From an uncultured delta proteobacterium (GTDB lineage: Bacteria > Myxococcota_A > Polyangia > Polyangiales > JAFGIB01): a stretch of DNA of 64,000 bases. The translations under genes were made by a program, and so were the position numbers. Each line of letters opens with the position of its first letter. Position 1 is the stretch's first letter. Location: positions 128,001-192,000 of the forward strand of contig CAVZVA010000011.1 of assembly GCA_963778655.1 (NCBI GenBank), written 5' to 3'. Positions 43,466 through 53,162 of the stretch are shown here, one piece after another. Under the pieces are notes generated by a model, which did no database searches, was not told where the DNA came from, and saw only the letters and a list, made by a program, of their open reading frames with translations.

Positions 43466-44287
43466 TCAGCCCTCGTCCTCGAGATCCTCGATCTCGAGGA
43501 TCTCCTCGTCGTCAATCAACAGCTCGAAGTCGTCCTCGTCGGCGTCCTCGATCTCGAGCACCTCGGGCTCGACCCGGGTGGGCTCGTCGGCGCCGGCCTC
43601 GTCGGGCGGAAAGTCCGCCGGGTCGAGATCCTGATCGAGCAGCGATTCCGCGCGGCCCGGGTCGCGCTCCGGCTCCGCGGCGGGCGGGACCCAGGACGAA
43701 CGTCCCGTGACCTCCTCGAGCTCCGCGCCTCCGCGCGCGTCGGCGCCCTGCCAGCTTTCGCCGCCTTGCTCGGACGGCGCGTTGCCGGAGGCGGCGACCT
43801 CGGTGGGCTCCTCGGCCGCGGCCTCTTGCTCGGACCAGGAAAGCTCGGGTTCGCCCGCCTCTTCGGGGGTTGGCTCGGGCTCGCCGGTGTCGCCGGTCTG
43901 CAGCTCGAACGGCTGCGAAGGCCGGCGCGGCGCGAGCTCGGCGGCCTGCGCTTCGGGCGCGGCCTCGGGCGGCTGCAAGGCAGGCTGCGGAGGCACGCCC
44001 ACCAGCGTGTCGCGCGCGCTCTTGCCCTTGCCGGAAGGCGACGAGCGCGTCGCGGGCGGCCGGCTGCGGGGGCGTCGCGACTTGCGCGCCGGAATGCCCG
44101 CACGCACCGACGCGCGCGGCGGCTCGCTGCGTCCGGGCCCGCCTTGCCCGAGCTGCTCGAGCAGCCCGTCGAGCCGCTGCAGCGAACGGTCGTCGCCCAA
44201 GCAGCGCCCGAGCAGAGCCGCAACGTCGGAAGGCTCCTGCCCAAGCTCCTCGAGCTGCCGGTCGGTAGCGACGAGATCGCGCACCAT
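43466..44287 (-). CDS. Hypothetical, largely disordered protein with very acidic C-terminus
   Basis: Open frame convergent with flhA-like gene; tail EVLEIEDADEDDFELLIDDEEILEIEDLEDEG. Confidence 0.65.
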   Translation of the reverse strand: MVRDLVATDRQLEELGQEPSDVAALLGRCLGDDRSLQRLDGLLEQLGQGGPGRSEPPRASVRAGIPARKSRRPRSRPPATRSSPSGKGKSARDTLVGVPPQPALQPPEAAPEAQAAELAPRRPSQPFELQTGDTGEPEPTPEEAGEPELSWSEQEAAAEEPTEVAASGNAPSEQGGESWQGADARGGAELEEVTGRSSWVPPAAEPERDPGRAESLLDQDLDPADFPPDEAGADEPTRVEPEVLEIEDADEDDFELLIDDEEILEIEDLEDEG

Positions 44288-44367
44288 GCGCGATCATCGC
44301 ATCGGCGCCACGGCTTGGCAAAAGCCGAGCGAAATCGGCGCGTACCTGCCCCGCCGCGAGAAGGCGC

Positions 44368-45948
44368 CTACAGCTGGCGGCCCAAACCCTGCCAGTAGCG
44401 TTCGCGCACGCGCACGCGGTAGACCTTGCCAGCCTCGCTGCGCGGAAGCTCGCGCACGAAGTCCACGCTGCGCGGGCACTTGAAATGGGCCAGGCGCGCC
44501 CGGCAGAACGCGGTCAGCTCTCGCTCGAGCTCGGCCGAGGGCAACTGGCCCTCGGCCAGCTGCACCACCGCCTTGACCTCCTCGCCGAACTCGTCGTTGG
44601 GCACACCCACGGTCGCCACGTCGGCCACGGCCGGGTGCATCAGCAGGACGGCGTCGACCTCGGCGGGGTAGATGTTGACCCCGCCGGAGATGATCAACTC
44701 CGAGGTACGGCCCGTCAGGAACAGGTAGCCGTCCTCGTCGATGTAACCCTGATCACCGAGCGTGAAACAGTTGCCGCGGTACGCCGCCGCGGTCTTGGCC
44801 TCGTCCTTGAAGTACTCGAAGCCGCCGGCCGCGGGCGCGCTGAAGAACACGCGCCCGACCTGGCCGGGTGGCAGCGGCTGCCCGGCGTCGTCCAGCACGT
44901 GCAGCTCGCGCCCGGCGATCGGCCGCCCCACGCTGCCCGGCTTGCGCAACCAGTCCTCGGCGCTGATCGAGGTGCCGCCGCCCTCGGTGCCGGCGTAGTA
45001 CTCGTGGATGATCGGGCCGAGCCAATCCATCATCGCGCGCTTGACGTGCACCGGCGTGGGCGCCGCGCCGTGCAGCACGTACGCGAGCGATGACAGATCG
45101 TAGCGCTCGCGCACCTCCCGGGGCAGCGCGAGCAGGCGGTGGAACATGGTCGCGACCATGTGCGTGTGGGTCACGCGGTGGCGCTCGACCAGCTGCAGCG
45201 TGAGCTCCGGATCCCACTTATCCATCAGCACCGTGCCCACCCCGCGCAGCAGCGGCGTCACCAGGTTGTAGGCGAACGGCGCGGAGTGGTAGAGCGGCCC
45301 GGTGCACAGCGACATCGACTTGCCGCTGACCATCGGCACGCGTGCCGCCGCCGCGCTCGCGGTCGGGGTGTCGCCACCCGGCTTACGCCGCACGCCCTTG
45401 GGCCGCCCGGTGGTGCCCGAGGTGTAGAGCATCACGCTGCCGAGCACCGGGTCCTCGAGATCGCCGCCGGCCTGGGCCGCGAGCGCGGCCTCATAGGGCT
45501 CGAAGCCGGCGATCGGGTCGCCGATCGCGAGCCTGACCACGCCCGGCACGAGCCCGCCGCCGACGACGGCCGCAGTCTCGGCCACGCGGTCTTCGGCGAT
45601 CAGCGCGCGCGCCTCGCAGTCCTGCACGATGTACGCGGCCTCCTCGAGCTGCAGGTGCCAGTTCAGGAAGGTCGCGCGGAAGCCCGCACGCACCACCGCG
45701 GCGTAGACCTCGACGAACTCGGGCCGGTTGCTGCACATCAGCGCCAGCGCGTCGCCGGCGCGCAGCCCGCGCGCGCGCAACGCGCGCACCAGCTGGTTGG
45801 CCCGCGCGTTGAGCTCGCCAAAGCTGCGCGTGCCGCGCTCCGAGATCACCGCCAAGCGCTCGGGCGCGCGCCGCGCCGTGAATGCGGGCGCCATCCCGAC
45901 CCGCGCGGCCTCGCGCACGTCGGCTAGAAATGACGGCAGCTTTGCCAC
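44368..45948 (-). CDS. Acyl-CoA synthetase (AMP-binding)
   Basis: MLYTSGTTGRPKG, GPLYHSAP, EYYAGTEG, IISGGVNIYPAE. Confidence 0.92.
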   Translation of the reverse strand: MAKLPSFLADVREAARVGMAPAFTARRAPERLAVISERGTRSFGELNARANQLVRALRARGLRAGDALALMCSNRPEFVEVYAAVVRAGFRATFLNWHLQLEEAAYIVQDCEARALIAEDRVAETAAVVGGGLVPGVVRLAIGDPIAGFEPYEAALAAQAGGDLEDPVLGSVMLYTSGTTGRPKGVRRKPGGDTPTASAAAARVPMVSGKSMSLCTGPLYHSAPFAYNLVTPLLRGVGTVLMDKWDPELTLQLVERHRVTHTHMVATMFHRLLALPREVRERYDLSSLAYVLHGAAPTPVHVKRAMMDWLGPIIHEYYAGTEGGGTSISAEDWLRKPGSVGRPIAGRELHVLDDAGQPLPPGQVGRVFFSAPAAGGFEYFKDEAKTAAAYRGNCFTLGDQGYIDEDGYLFLTGRTSELIISGGVNIYPAEVDAVLLMHPAVADVATVGVPNDEFGEEVKAVVQLAEGQLPSAELERELTAFCRARLAHFKCPRSVDFVRELPRSEAGKVYRVRVRERYWQGLGRQL

Positions 45949-46024
45949 GGAAGACCTCCCGATCCCGAACCCACTTCACCCACTGGCGTTGTAGCCAATG
46001 CGCGCGAGTCTGGCCAGTGGGCCC

Positions 46025-46086
46025 ATGAAACAGGCAGGCGGGAAGACGGGAAGGACTTGTGAGTAGACTTCCCATCTTCCTGTGAT
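46025..46086. repeat. Repeat family A, inverted pair
   Basis: atgaaacaggcaggcgggaagacgggaag (46025-46053) and cttcccatcttcctgtgat (46068-46086). Confidence 0.85.
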
Positions 46087-46098
46087 CTTGAAGCGCCG

Positions 46099-48756
46099 TC
46101 AGCGCTTTTCGACCAGCTCGTAGAGCATGGCGAGGGCGCGGTCGAGCTGGCTGGGGTCGCTGCCGCCGGCCTGGGCGAAGTCCGGCCGGCCGCCGCCGCC
46201 GCCGCCGACCACGGCCGCGAGCTGCTTGACGATGTCGCCGGCAGCAAAGCGCCCGGTCAGCTCCTTGGACACGGTGCACACCAGCAGCGCGCGCCCGTCC
46301 TCGGTCGCGGCACCCAGCGCGATCACCGCCGGCGCGAGCTTGTCGCGCAGGCCGTCGGCCAGCTCGCGCAGCGCCTTGGAGTCGCCGAGCTCGACGCGCG
46401 CGCCGAGCGCGCGCAGGCCGTCGAACGCGCGCGCCTCCGACGCGAGATCGCGGCTGCTGCCGGAAGCAAGCTTGCGCTTCCACTGCTCGAGCTCGCGCGC
46501 CTGCTCCTTCTTCTGCTCGAGCAGCCGCCGCAGCTTGTCCACCAGCTCGTGCGGACCGGCCTTGAGCAGCGCGGCGGCCTGCTCCAGCTCGTGCTCCAGC
46601 TCGCGCGTGTAGCGCAGCGCGTTCATGCCGGTGGCCGCCTCGATCCGGCGCACGCCGGCCGCGATCCCGCTGTCCGAGAGGATCTTGAAGGCGCCGATGT
46701 CCCCGGTGCGCCGCACGTGAGTACCGCCGCACAGCTCGATCGAGTCAGCCATGGTCAGCATGCGCACCTGCTCGCCGTACTTCTCCTCGAAGATGCCGAT
46801 CGCGCCGCGCCGCTTGGCCTCCGCCATCGGCAGCACGTCGGTCGTGACCTCGGCGTTCTGCAGCACGCGCTCGGTGACCATGTCCTCGATGCGCGCGATC
46901 TGCTCGGCGCTGAGCGGCTGCGCCGCGCTGTAGTCGAAGCGCAGGCGCTCGGGCCCGACCAGCGAGCCCTTCTGCATCGCGTGCGGGCCGACCACCGTGC
47001 GCAGCCCCAGGTGCAGCAGGTGGGTCGCGCTGTGGTTGCGACGGGTGGCCGCGCGCAACGCGTGGTCGACCTCCAGCTCGACCGCGGCCGACACCGCGAG
47101 CGGGCCGCGCTCGAGCTTGCCGCGGTGCACGATCAGCCCTTCGCGCGGCTTCCAGGTGTCCTCCACCACGAACAGCGCGCCGTCCTGCCCGCGGACCTCG
47201 CCCTTGTCGCCGACCTGCCCGCCGGACTCGGCGTAGAAGGGCGTGGCAGCGGTGACCAGCTCGCCGCGCTCACCCGCCTGCAAGCGCTCCACGCGCTGGC
47301 CCTCGCGCAGCAAGGCCAGCACCTGCGAGCCGGCCGCCTCGCGCTCATAGCCCAGAAACGCCACGGCGGGCAGCGCCTGCGCCAGTTCCTTGTACACCGT
47401 GTCGAGCGCCGCCTCACCCACCTTGGAGCCGGCGCTGCGCTCTCGCGCGCGCTCCAGCTCCTGCTCGAAGCCGGCCTGGTCCACGCCGAAGCCCTGCTCG
47501 CGCCCGATCACTTCTTGCAGGTCGAGCGGGAAGCCGTAGGTGTCGTAAAGCTCGAATGCGACCGCGCCCGGCAGCACGCGCCCGCCCGTACCGCTCGCGA
47601 ACGGAGCCTCACCCAGCCGCTCCAGCCCTCGCTTGAGCGTGGCGCGGAAGCGCTCCTCCTCCTGGCGCGTGACCTGCTCGATCAGCGCGCTGCGCTCGCG
47701 CAGCTCGGGGTATTCGCCGCCCATGCGCTCGGCCACCGCGAGCGCACACAGGTGCAAGAACGGCCGCTCGATGCCGAGCCGGTGGCCGTGGCGGATGGCG
47801 CGGCGCATGATGCGGCGCAGCACGTAGGCGCGTCCGTCGCGATCGGGAAACACGCCCTCGGCCAGCAGAAAGGCCGTGGCGCGCGCGTGATCCGCGATCA
47901 CGCGCATGGACACGTCGTCGGGCTCGAGCGTGCGGCGGTACTTCTTGCCCGCGATCTCGGCGGCCAGCTCCACGATCGGGCGCAGCAGATCGGTGTCGTA
48001 GTTGCTGACCACGCCCTGCACCGCGCAGCTCAGGCGCTCGAGGCCCATGCCGGTGTCGATCGAGGGCGCGGGCAGCGGCGTGAGCTTGCCGCCCGGCAGG
48101 CGCTCGAACTGCATGAACACGTTGTTCCACAGCTCGACCCAGCCGTTGCCCGCCTCGTCGGGCTCGGCACCGAAGCTGGCGAGGTCGGGCTCGCCGGCGC
48201 CGAAGTAGTAGTAGATCTCGGAGCACGGACCGCAGGGTCCGGTGTCGCCCATCTGCCAGAAGTTGTCGGCCGCGCCCAGCCGCCGCAACCGTTGCTTGGG
48301 CAGCGCGGCCACGTCGCGCCAGATGCGCTCGGCCTCGACGTCGGCCGGCAGCTCGCCCTCGCCACCGAAAACGGTGACCACCAGCCGGTTCTTGTCCACG
48401 CCCAGCACCTCGGTCAGGTATTGCCAGGCGTAGGCGATCGCCTCCTGTTTGAAGTAGTCACCGAAGGAGAAGTTGCCGAGCATCTCGAAGAAGGTGTGGT
48501 GGCGCGCGGTCACGCCCACGTTCTCGAGATCGTTGTGCTTGCCGCTGACGCGCATGCACTTCTGCGCGCTGGTGGCGCGGGTGTACCCGCGCTTGTCCTG
48601 CCCGGTGAAGACGTCCTTGAACTGCACCATGCCCGCGTTGGCGAACATCAGCGTGGGGTCGTTCGCGGGTACCAGCGGTCCGCTCGGCACGATCTGGTGC
48701 CCGCGCTCCGCGAAGAAGCGGCGGAAGCTGTCCCGGATCTGGCTCGAGGAGGTCAT
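46099..48756 (-). CDS. alaS: Alanyl-tRNA synthetase
   Basis: DPTLMFANAGMVQFK, HHTFFEMLGNFSFGDYFK, DTGMGLER, HSATHLL, ELCGGTH, GGGGGRPDFAQAGG. Confidence 0.98.
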   Translation of the reverse strand: MTSSSQIRDSFRRFFAERGHQIVPSGPLVPANDPTLMFANAGMVQFKDVFTGQDKRGYTRATSAQKCMRVSGKHNDLENVGVTARHHTFFEMLGNFSFGDYFKQEAIAYAWQYLTEVLGVDKNRLVVTVFGGEGELPADVEAERIWRDVAALPKQRLRRLGAADNFWQMGDTGPCGPCSEIYYYFGAGEPDLASFGAEPDEAGNGWVELWNNVFMQFERLPGGKLTPLPAPSIDTGMGLERLSCAVQGVVSNYDTDLLRPIVELAAEIAGKKYRRTLEPDDVSMRVIADHARATAFLLAEGVFPDRDGRAYVLRRIMRRAIRHGHRLGIERPFLHLCALAVAERMGGEYPELRERSALIEQVTRQEEERFRATLKRGLERLGEAPFASGTGGRVLPGAVAFELYDTYGFPLDLQEVIGREQGFGVDQAGFEQELERARERSAGSKVGEAALDTVYKELAQALPAVAFLGYEREAAGSQVLALLREGQRVERLQAGERGELVTAATPFYAESGGQVGDKGEVRGQDGALFVVEDTWKPREGLIVHRGKLERGPLAVSAAVELEVDHALRAATRRNHSATHLLHLGLRTVVGPHAMQKGSLVGPERLRFDYSAAQPLSAEQIARIEDMVTERVLQNAEVTTDVLPMAEAKRRGAIGIFEEKYGEQVRMLTMADSIELCGGTHVRRTGDIGAFKILSDSGIAAGVRRIEAATGMNALRYTRELEHELEQAAALLKAGPHELVDKLRRLLEQKKEQARELEQWKRKLASGSSRDLASEARAFDGLRALGARVELGDSKALRELADGLRDKLAPAVIALGAATEDGRALLVCTVSKELTGRFAAGDIVKQLAAVVGGGGGGRPDFAQAGGSDPSQLDRALAMLYELVEKR

Positions 48757-48934
48757 CGCAGGGGCGGTGTAGCGCAGCCGCAGGGGCTTGCCAACTTGGG
48801 AAACCGTGCAGGCGTCCCGTCGGCACCGCCACGGACGGCGGCATACGGCGCGGCCGCGGCCATAGCCCACTCCCCGCCGCCGGACGCGGGAACCTCCTCC
48901 CCAGGAGGCGGGCGGCCGTGCTATCGGTCGGGTC

Positions 48935-50632
48935 GTGCTGACCTGCCTGCGCGTGCGCAGCTTCGCCATCATCGACGAGCTCGAGGTCGAGCTCGAGTCG
49001 GGCATGAACGTGCTGACGGGCGAGACCGGCGCGGGCAAGTCGATCTTGATCGACGCGCTGCAGCTGGTGCTGGGTGGCCGGGCGCGGCCCGAGGTGGTGC
49101 GCGGGGGCGCGGAACAGGCTGAGGTCGAGGCGCTGTTCGACGTGGCCGACGACCCGCAGGCGCGGCAGCGGGTAGCCGAAGCCGGAGTCGAGGTGGAGGA
49201 CGAGCTGGTGCTGCGCCGGGTGGTGCAGCGCTCGGGACGCTCGCGCGCCTACGTCAACGGACGGCTGGCCTCGGCCGGGCAGCTCGCGACGCTGGCCGCC
49301 GGGCTGTGCGACATCTCTTCGCAGCACGAGCACCACACCCTGGTCGACCCGCGCACTCACCTGTCGTTTCTGGACGCGTTCGCGCAGCTCGATCCGCTGC
49401 GCGCGCAGGTGCGCGAGGCGTACGAGGCGCTGCGCGACGCCCAGGCCGCGTTGCAGCAGCAGCGCGAGGCGAGCAGCCGCCGCGGCGAGCGCGAGGATCT
49501 GTTGCGCTTCCAGCTGCAGGAGATCGATGCGCTGGCGCCGCGGCCGGGCGAGGACGCCACGCTGGCGCTCGAGCGCGACCGCCAGCGTCACGCCGAGCGC
49601 CTGGCACAGCTCACCGGCGGCGCCGAGGACGCGCTCTACGCTAGCGACGAGGCGCTGTGCGCGCGCGTGGCGCGCATCGCGCACGAGGTGCAGCAGGCGG
49701 CGGCGCTCGACCCCACGCTCGGGCCCCTCTCCGAGCAGCTCGCGGCGGCCGGCACCCAGCTCGAGGACGTGGCGCGCGAGCTCGGCAGCTACGCGCGCGG
49801 GATCTCGCTCGACGCCGAGCGGCTGCAGCAGCTGGAAGACCGGCTCGACGGGCTCTCGCGGCTCAAGCGCAAGCACGGCGGCAGCCTGGAGGCGGTGCTC
49901 GAGCACCGCGAGCGCGCCGCCGAGCAGCTGGCCGCGCTCGATCAGGGCGAGGAACGCACGCATGCCCTGGAGCACGCGCTGCAGCAGGCGAGCGATCAGG
50001 CCGCGGCGCTGGCGCGCAAGCTCTCGAGCGCGCGCAAGAAGGCCGCGACCAAGCTGGCGGCCGCGGTCAGCCGCGAGCTGGGCTCGCTCTCGATGGGCGA
50101 CGCCAAGGTGGCGGTCGAGGTGGCGCAGCCGCAGGGCGCGGCGGGCGAGCTGTGCGTGGACGGCGCGCGCCTGCTCGCCAGCGGCATCGACCGTGTGGAG
50201 TTTCTGATCGCGACCAACCGCGGCGAAGATCCTCAGCCGCTGCACAAGATCGCCAGCGGGGGCGAGCTGTCGCGGGCGATGCTGGCGCTCAAGCGGGTGC
50301 TCTCGGGCCTCGGCCCGGTCGGGCTGTACGTGTTCGACGAAGTAGACGCGGGCGTGGGCGGCGCGGTGGCCGAGGTCATCGGGCGCAAGCTCAAGGACGT
50401 CGCGCACCACCACCAGGTGATCTGCATCACCCACCTGCCGCAGATCGCGGTCTTCGCCGACGTCCACTACCACGTCAGCAAGAGCGTCGGCGGCGGCCGC
50501 ACGCGCAGCGAGATCCGGCGCCTGCACGAGAGCGAGCAGCGCGACGAGATCGCGCGCATGCTCGGCGGGCTCAAGGTCACCGACAAGACCCGCGCGGCCG
50601 CCAGCGAGATGCTGCGCTCGGCCGGCCGGTAG
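48935..50632 (+). CDS. recN: DNA repair protein RecN
   Basis: LTGETGAGKS, IASGGELSR, FDEVDAGVGG, QVICITHLPQIA. Confidence 0.97.
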   Translation: MLTCLRVRSFAIIDELEVELESGMNVLTGETGAGKSILIDALQLVLGGRARPEVVRGGAEQAEVEALFDVADDPQARQRVAEAGVEVEDELVLRRVVQRSGRSRAYVNGRLASAGQLATLAAGLCDISSQHEHHTLVDPRTHLSFLDAFAQLDPLRAQVREAYEALRDAQAALQQQREASSRRGEREDLLRFQLQEIDALAPRPGEDATLALERDRQRHAERLAQLTGGAEDALYASDEALCARVARIAHEVQQAAALDPTLGPLSEQLAAAGTQLEDVARELGSYARGISLDAERLQQLEDRLDGLSRLKRKHGGSLEAVLEHRERAAEQLAALDQGEERTHALEHALQQASDQAAALARKLSSARKKAATKLAAAVSRELGSLSMGDAKVAVEVAQPQGAAGELCVDGARLLASGIDRVEFLIATNRGEDPQPLHKIASGGELSRAMLALKRVLSGLGPVGLYVFDEVDAGVGGAVAEVIGRKLKDVAHHHQVICITHLPQIAVFADVHYHVSKSVGGGRTRSEIRRLHESEQRDEIARMLGGLKVTDKTRAAASEMLRSAGR

Positions 50633-50641
50633 TTGTGTGAC

Positions 50642-50718
50642 CGGGAGGGGCACGCGCCCTCCCGCCCCACCGGCAAAGCCGCTGGGGCCCCATCCTCCCG
50701 CGCGGCTCGCTGCGCTCG
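50642..50718 (+). repeat. Structured repeat family B copy just after the recN stop codon
   Basis: cgggaggggcacgcgccctcccg-ccccaccggcaaagccgctgggg-ccccatcctcccgcgcggctcgctgcgctcgc; partial direct copy at about 50745-50766. Confidence 0.8.
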
Positions 50719-51019
50719 CTGGTGAGCGCAGGCCACACCGCGTCGGGCCCACCCTCCCGCGCGGCTGTTTCCGCGTCGAGCACGTGCGCGCAAAGCGCAC
50801 CCGATCGCACACGCTGCGGGCTGCGGCGGCCATGCTACGATCGCGCGATTGGAGCTTGAGATACGCGGGGGGCGGAGCGTGAGCGCGAACGGGTCTGGTT
50901 CTCGTACTGATCACGACGCGCTGATTTGGCGGGGCCAGACCCTGCTTTTTTCACGCGGGGCGGCACGCGCCACCCTTCCCCACGTGGGGCCGCGTTCCGC
51001 GGCAATTCTCGAACGAAAC

Positions 51020-53101
51020 GTGATTACTGCTCAGCACGAGATCCACACCCGCGCGAACCTAATACGATCCTTCAGGCACGCGGGGCTGCTCGCATGCCTG
51101 GTCGTCGCCTGCACGGGTGCGGCGCAGGGTTGCCACAAGAAGGCCGCCGTGCCGCCCCCGCCCTCGGGCAGCGGCGATCCCAGCCGCGACTGCGCCAATG
51201 CGGGCAAGACCGTGAGCACGGAGCAAGAGGCGGCTCCGGACGTGACGTGCAGCGGGGGCAAGCGGCGCATCCTGTGCTACGGGGCGTGGGCCGCGCACTG
51301 CGGACCCGACGACAAGCTGGTCTCGCTGACCAATTGCCGTGCCGACGGGCAGGTGTGCGCGATGCGCGATTGCGCGAGCGCCAAGGACTGCAACGGCTGC
51401 CAGGCCTGCACGCCGGGCAGCGCGCGCTGCGGGCAAGACGGGGCGCGCATGCTCTGCCGCGACGACGGCTCGGGCTTCGACGAGGCCGAGCCGTGCGACG
51501 AGAGCGCCGGCCTGCGCTGCAGCCTGAGCTCGGGCCAGTGCGAGGATCTGTGCGCGGCCGCGGAGTCGCAGCACTCGTACATCGGCTGTGACTATTGGGC
51601 GGTCCCGACCAGCAACTCGCAGCTCGACTTCGAGTCGGTGGACGCCAACGGGCTGTGCCGGCCGTTCAGCTTCGCGGTGGTGGTGGCCAACGCGGAGGGC
51701 GTGAGCGCGCACGTGACCGTGGAGAGCCCGGGCCGCGACGCGCGCACGGTCACGGTGGAGCCCTCCTCGACCGCCACCATCGAGCTGCCTTGCGAGCCGG
51801 AGCTCAAGGGCGGCGGTCCCGGCAGCGGCGTCCCCGACGGCGGCGTGGGCGACGAGGACGCCGGCAGCGAACAGCAGCCGACCGTGCTCGCCAAGCGCGG
51901 CGCCCACCACATCACCTCGGACGTGCCGGTCACGGTGTATCAGTTCAATCCACTCGAGTTCGAGAGCGAGAGCGCTGACGGCACGACCGCGTACAGCTAC
52001 ACCAACGACGCCTCGCTGTTGCTGCCTACCCACAGCCTGAGCGGAGACTACGTGGTGATGGCGCAGCCCACCTTGCTGCACCATGTGGTCCCCAACGACG
52101 ACAGCCTGCCGACCATCACCCACAGCGGCCCGGGCTTCGTCGCCATCGTGGGCGTGGAGGCGGACCCGACCGAGGTCGAGATCGTCAGCAGCGCATACAC
52201 TCGGCCGAGCAAGGACGGCTCGATCCCGGCGCTGTCGCCGGGCGGCCATTTGCGCGTCAGCCTGAGCCAAGGTGAGGTGCTGCAGCTGCTCAGCGCAGTG
52301 CCACCTGACTGCCCGGACGACACGACCGACAGCATTCGCGGCGGCAAGATCCACTATTGCAAAGTGGGCAGAGACTACGACCTGACCGGAACGCAGATCA
52401 CGGCCCAGGGCAAGGTCAGCGTGATCGCAGGTCACGATTGCGCCTTCCTGCCCTACAACCGCTGGGCCTGCGATCACCTGGAGGAGAGCATCTTTCCGCT
52501 GCAGAGCTGGGGTAAAGACATCGCCGTCAGCGTGAGCGAGACGGTGGCGTGCCAGCCGACCGTGCCGAATCTGGTGCGCGTGCTCTCGGGCAGCGACCGC
52601 AACCAGATCACGTTCACGCCGGCGGTTCACGACAAAGTGCTGCTCGACAAGGGCGAGTTGCTCGAGCTCGAGGTGTCCGAGGACTTCCGCATCACCGCCG
52701 CCTACCCGATCATGGTCGGCCAGTTCCTGCTCGGGCAGGACTACAACGGACGCGGCAGCTCGGGCTCGTTCGCCAAGGGCGACCCATCGATGTCGCTGGC
52801 GATCCCCAGCGAGCAGTGGCGCACCCGCTACCCCTTCTTGACGCCCGAGACCTACACCGACAACTACATCAACGTGATCGCGCGCACGCACCAGCTGGTG
52901 CTGCTCGACGGCCGCGTGGTCACCGGCTTCGCGCCGATCGAGGGCACCTCGCTCTCGGTCTCGCGAATCCCGCTGGACAGCGGGCAGCACGTGATCGAGG
53001 CGCAGCAGGGCTTCGGGATCGTGCTCTACGGCTATGCCCCGTACACCAGCTACATGATGCCCGGAGGCCTCGATCTCAATCCGATCAACCCGCTGCTTTG
53101 A
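51020..53101 (+). CDS. Cys-rich lipoprotein with IgGFc-binding (FCGBP N-terminal) domain
   Basis: Lipobox-like AQGC; SYIGCDYW, VYQFNPL, TNDASLLLP, CDHLEE, GDPSM...QWR..Y, YTSYMMPGG; start uncertain. Confidence 0.8.
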   Translation: MITAQHEIHTRANLIRSFRHAGLLACLVVACTGAAQGCHKKAAVPPPPSGSGDPSRDCANAGKTVSTEQEAAPDVTCSGGKRRILCYGAWAAHCGPDDKLVSLTNCRADGQVCAMRDCASAKDCNGCQACTPGSARCGQDGARMLCRDDGSGFDEAEPCDESAGLRCSLSSGQCEDLCAAAESQHSYIGCDYWAVPTSNSQLDFESVDANGLCRPFSFAVVVANAEGVSAHVTVESPGRDARTVTVEPSSTATIELPCEPELKGGGPGSGVPDGGVGDEDAGSEQQPTVLAKRGAHHITSDVPVTVYQFNPLEFESESADGTTAYSYTNDASLLLPTHSLSGDYVVMAQPTLLHHVVPNDDSLPTITHSGPGFVAIVGVEADPTEVEIVSSAYTRPSKDGSIPALSPGGHLRVSLSQGEVLQLLSAVPPDCPDDTTDSIRGGKIHYCKVGRDYDLTGTQITAQGKVSVIAGHDCAFLPYNRWACDHLEESIFPLQSWGKDIAVSVSETVACQPTVPNLVRVLSGSDRNQITFTPAVHDKVLLDKGELLELEVSEDFRITAAYPIMVGQFLLGQDYNGRGSSGSFAKGDPSMSLAIPSEQWRTRYPFLTPETYTDNYINVIARTHQLVLLDGRVVTGFAPIEGTSLSVSRIPLDSGQHVIEAQQGFGIVLYGYAPYTSYMMPGGLDLNPINPLL

Positions 53102-53162
53102 GCGGAAATCGCGGCGTTTGCGCGCGCGGCGGCTGTGGTAGTCTCGCGGCAGGGAGCGGCGC

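Noticed and set aside
41387..46086. Repeat family A as CRISPR repeats or as ends of a composite transposon
   Set aside because: Copies are dispersed, degenerate and kilobases apart, with no spacer periodicity, transposase or target duplication
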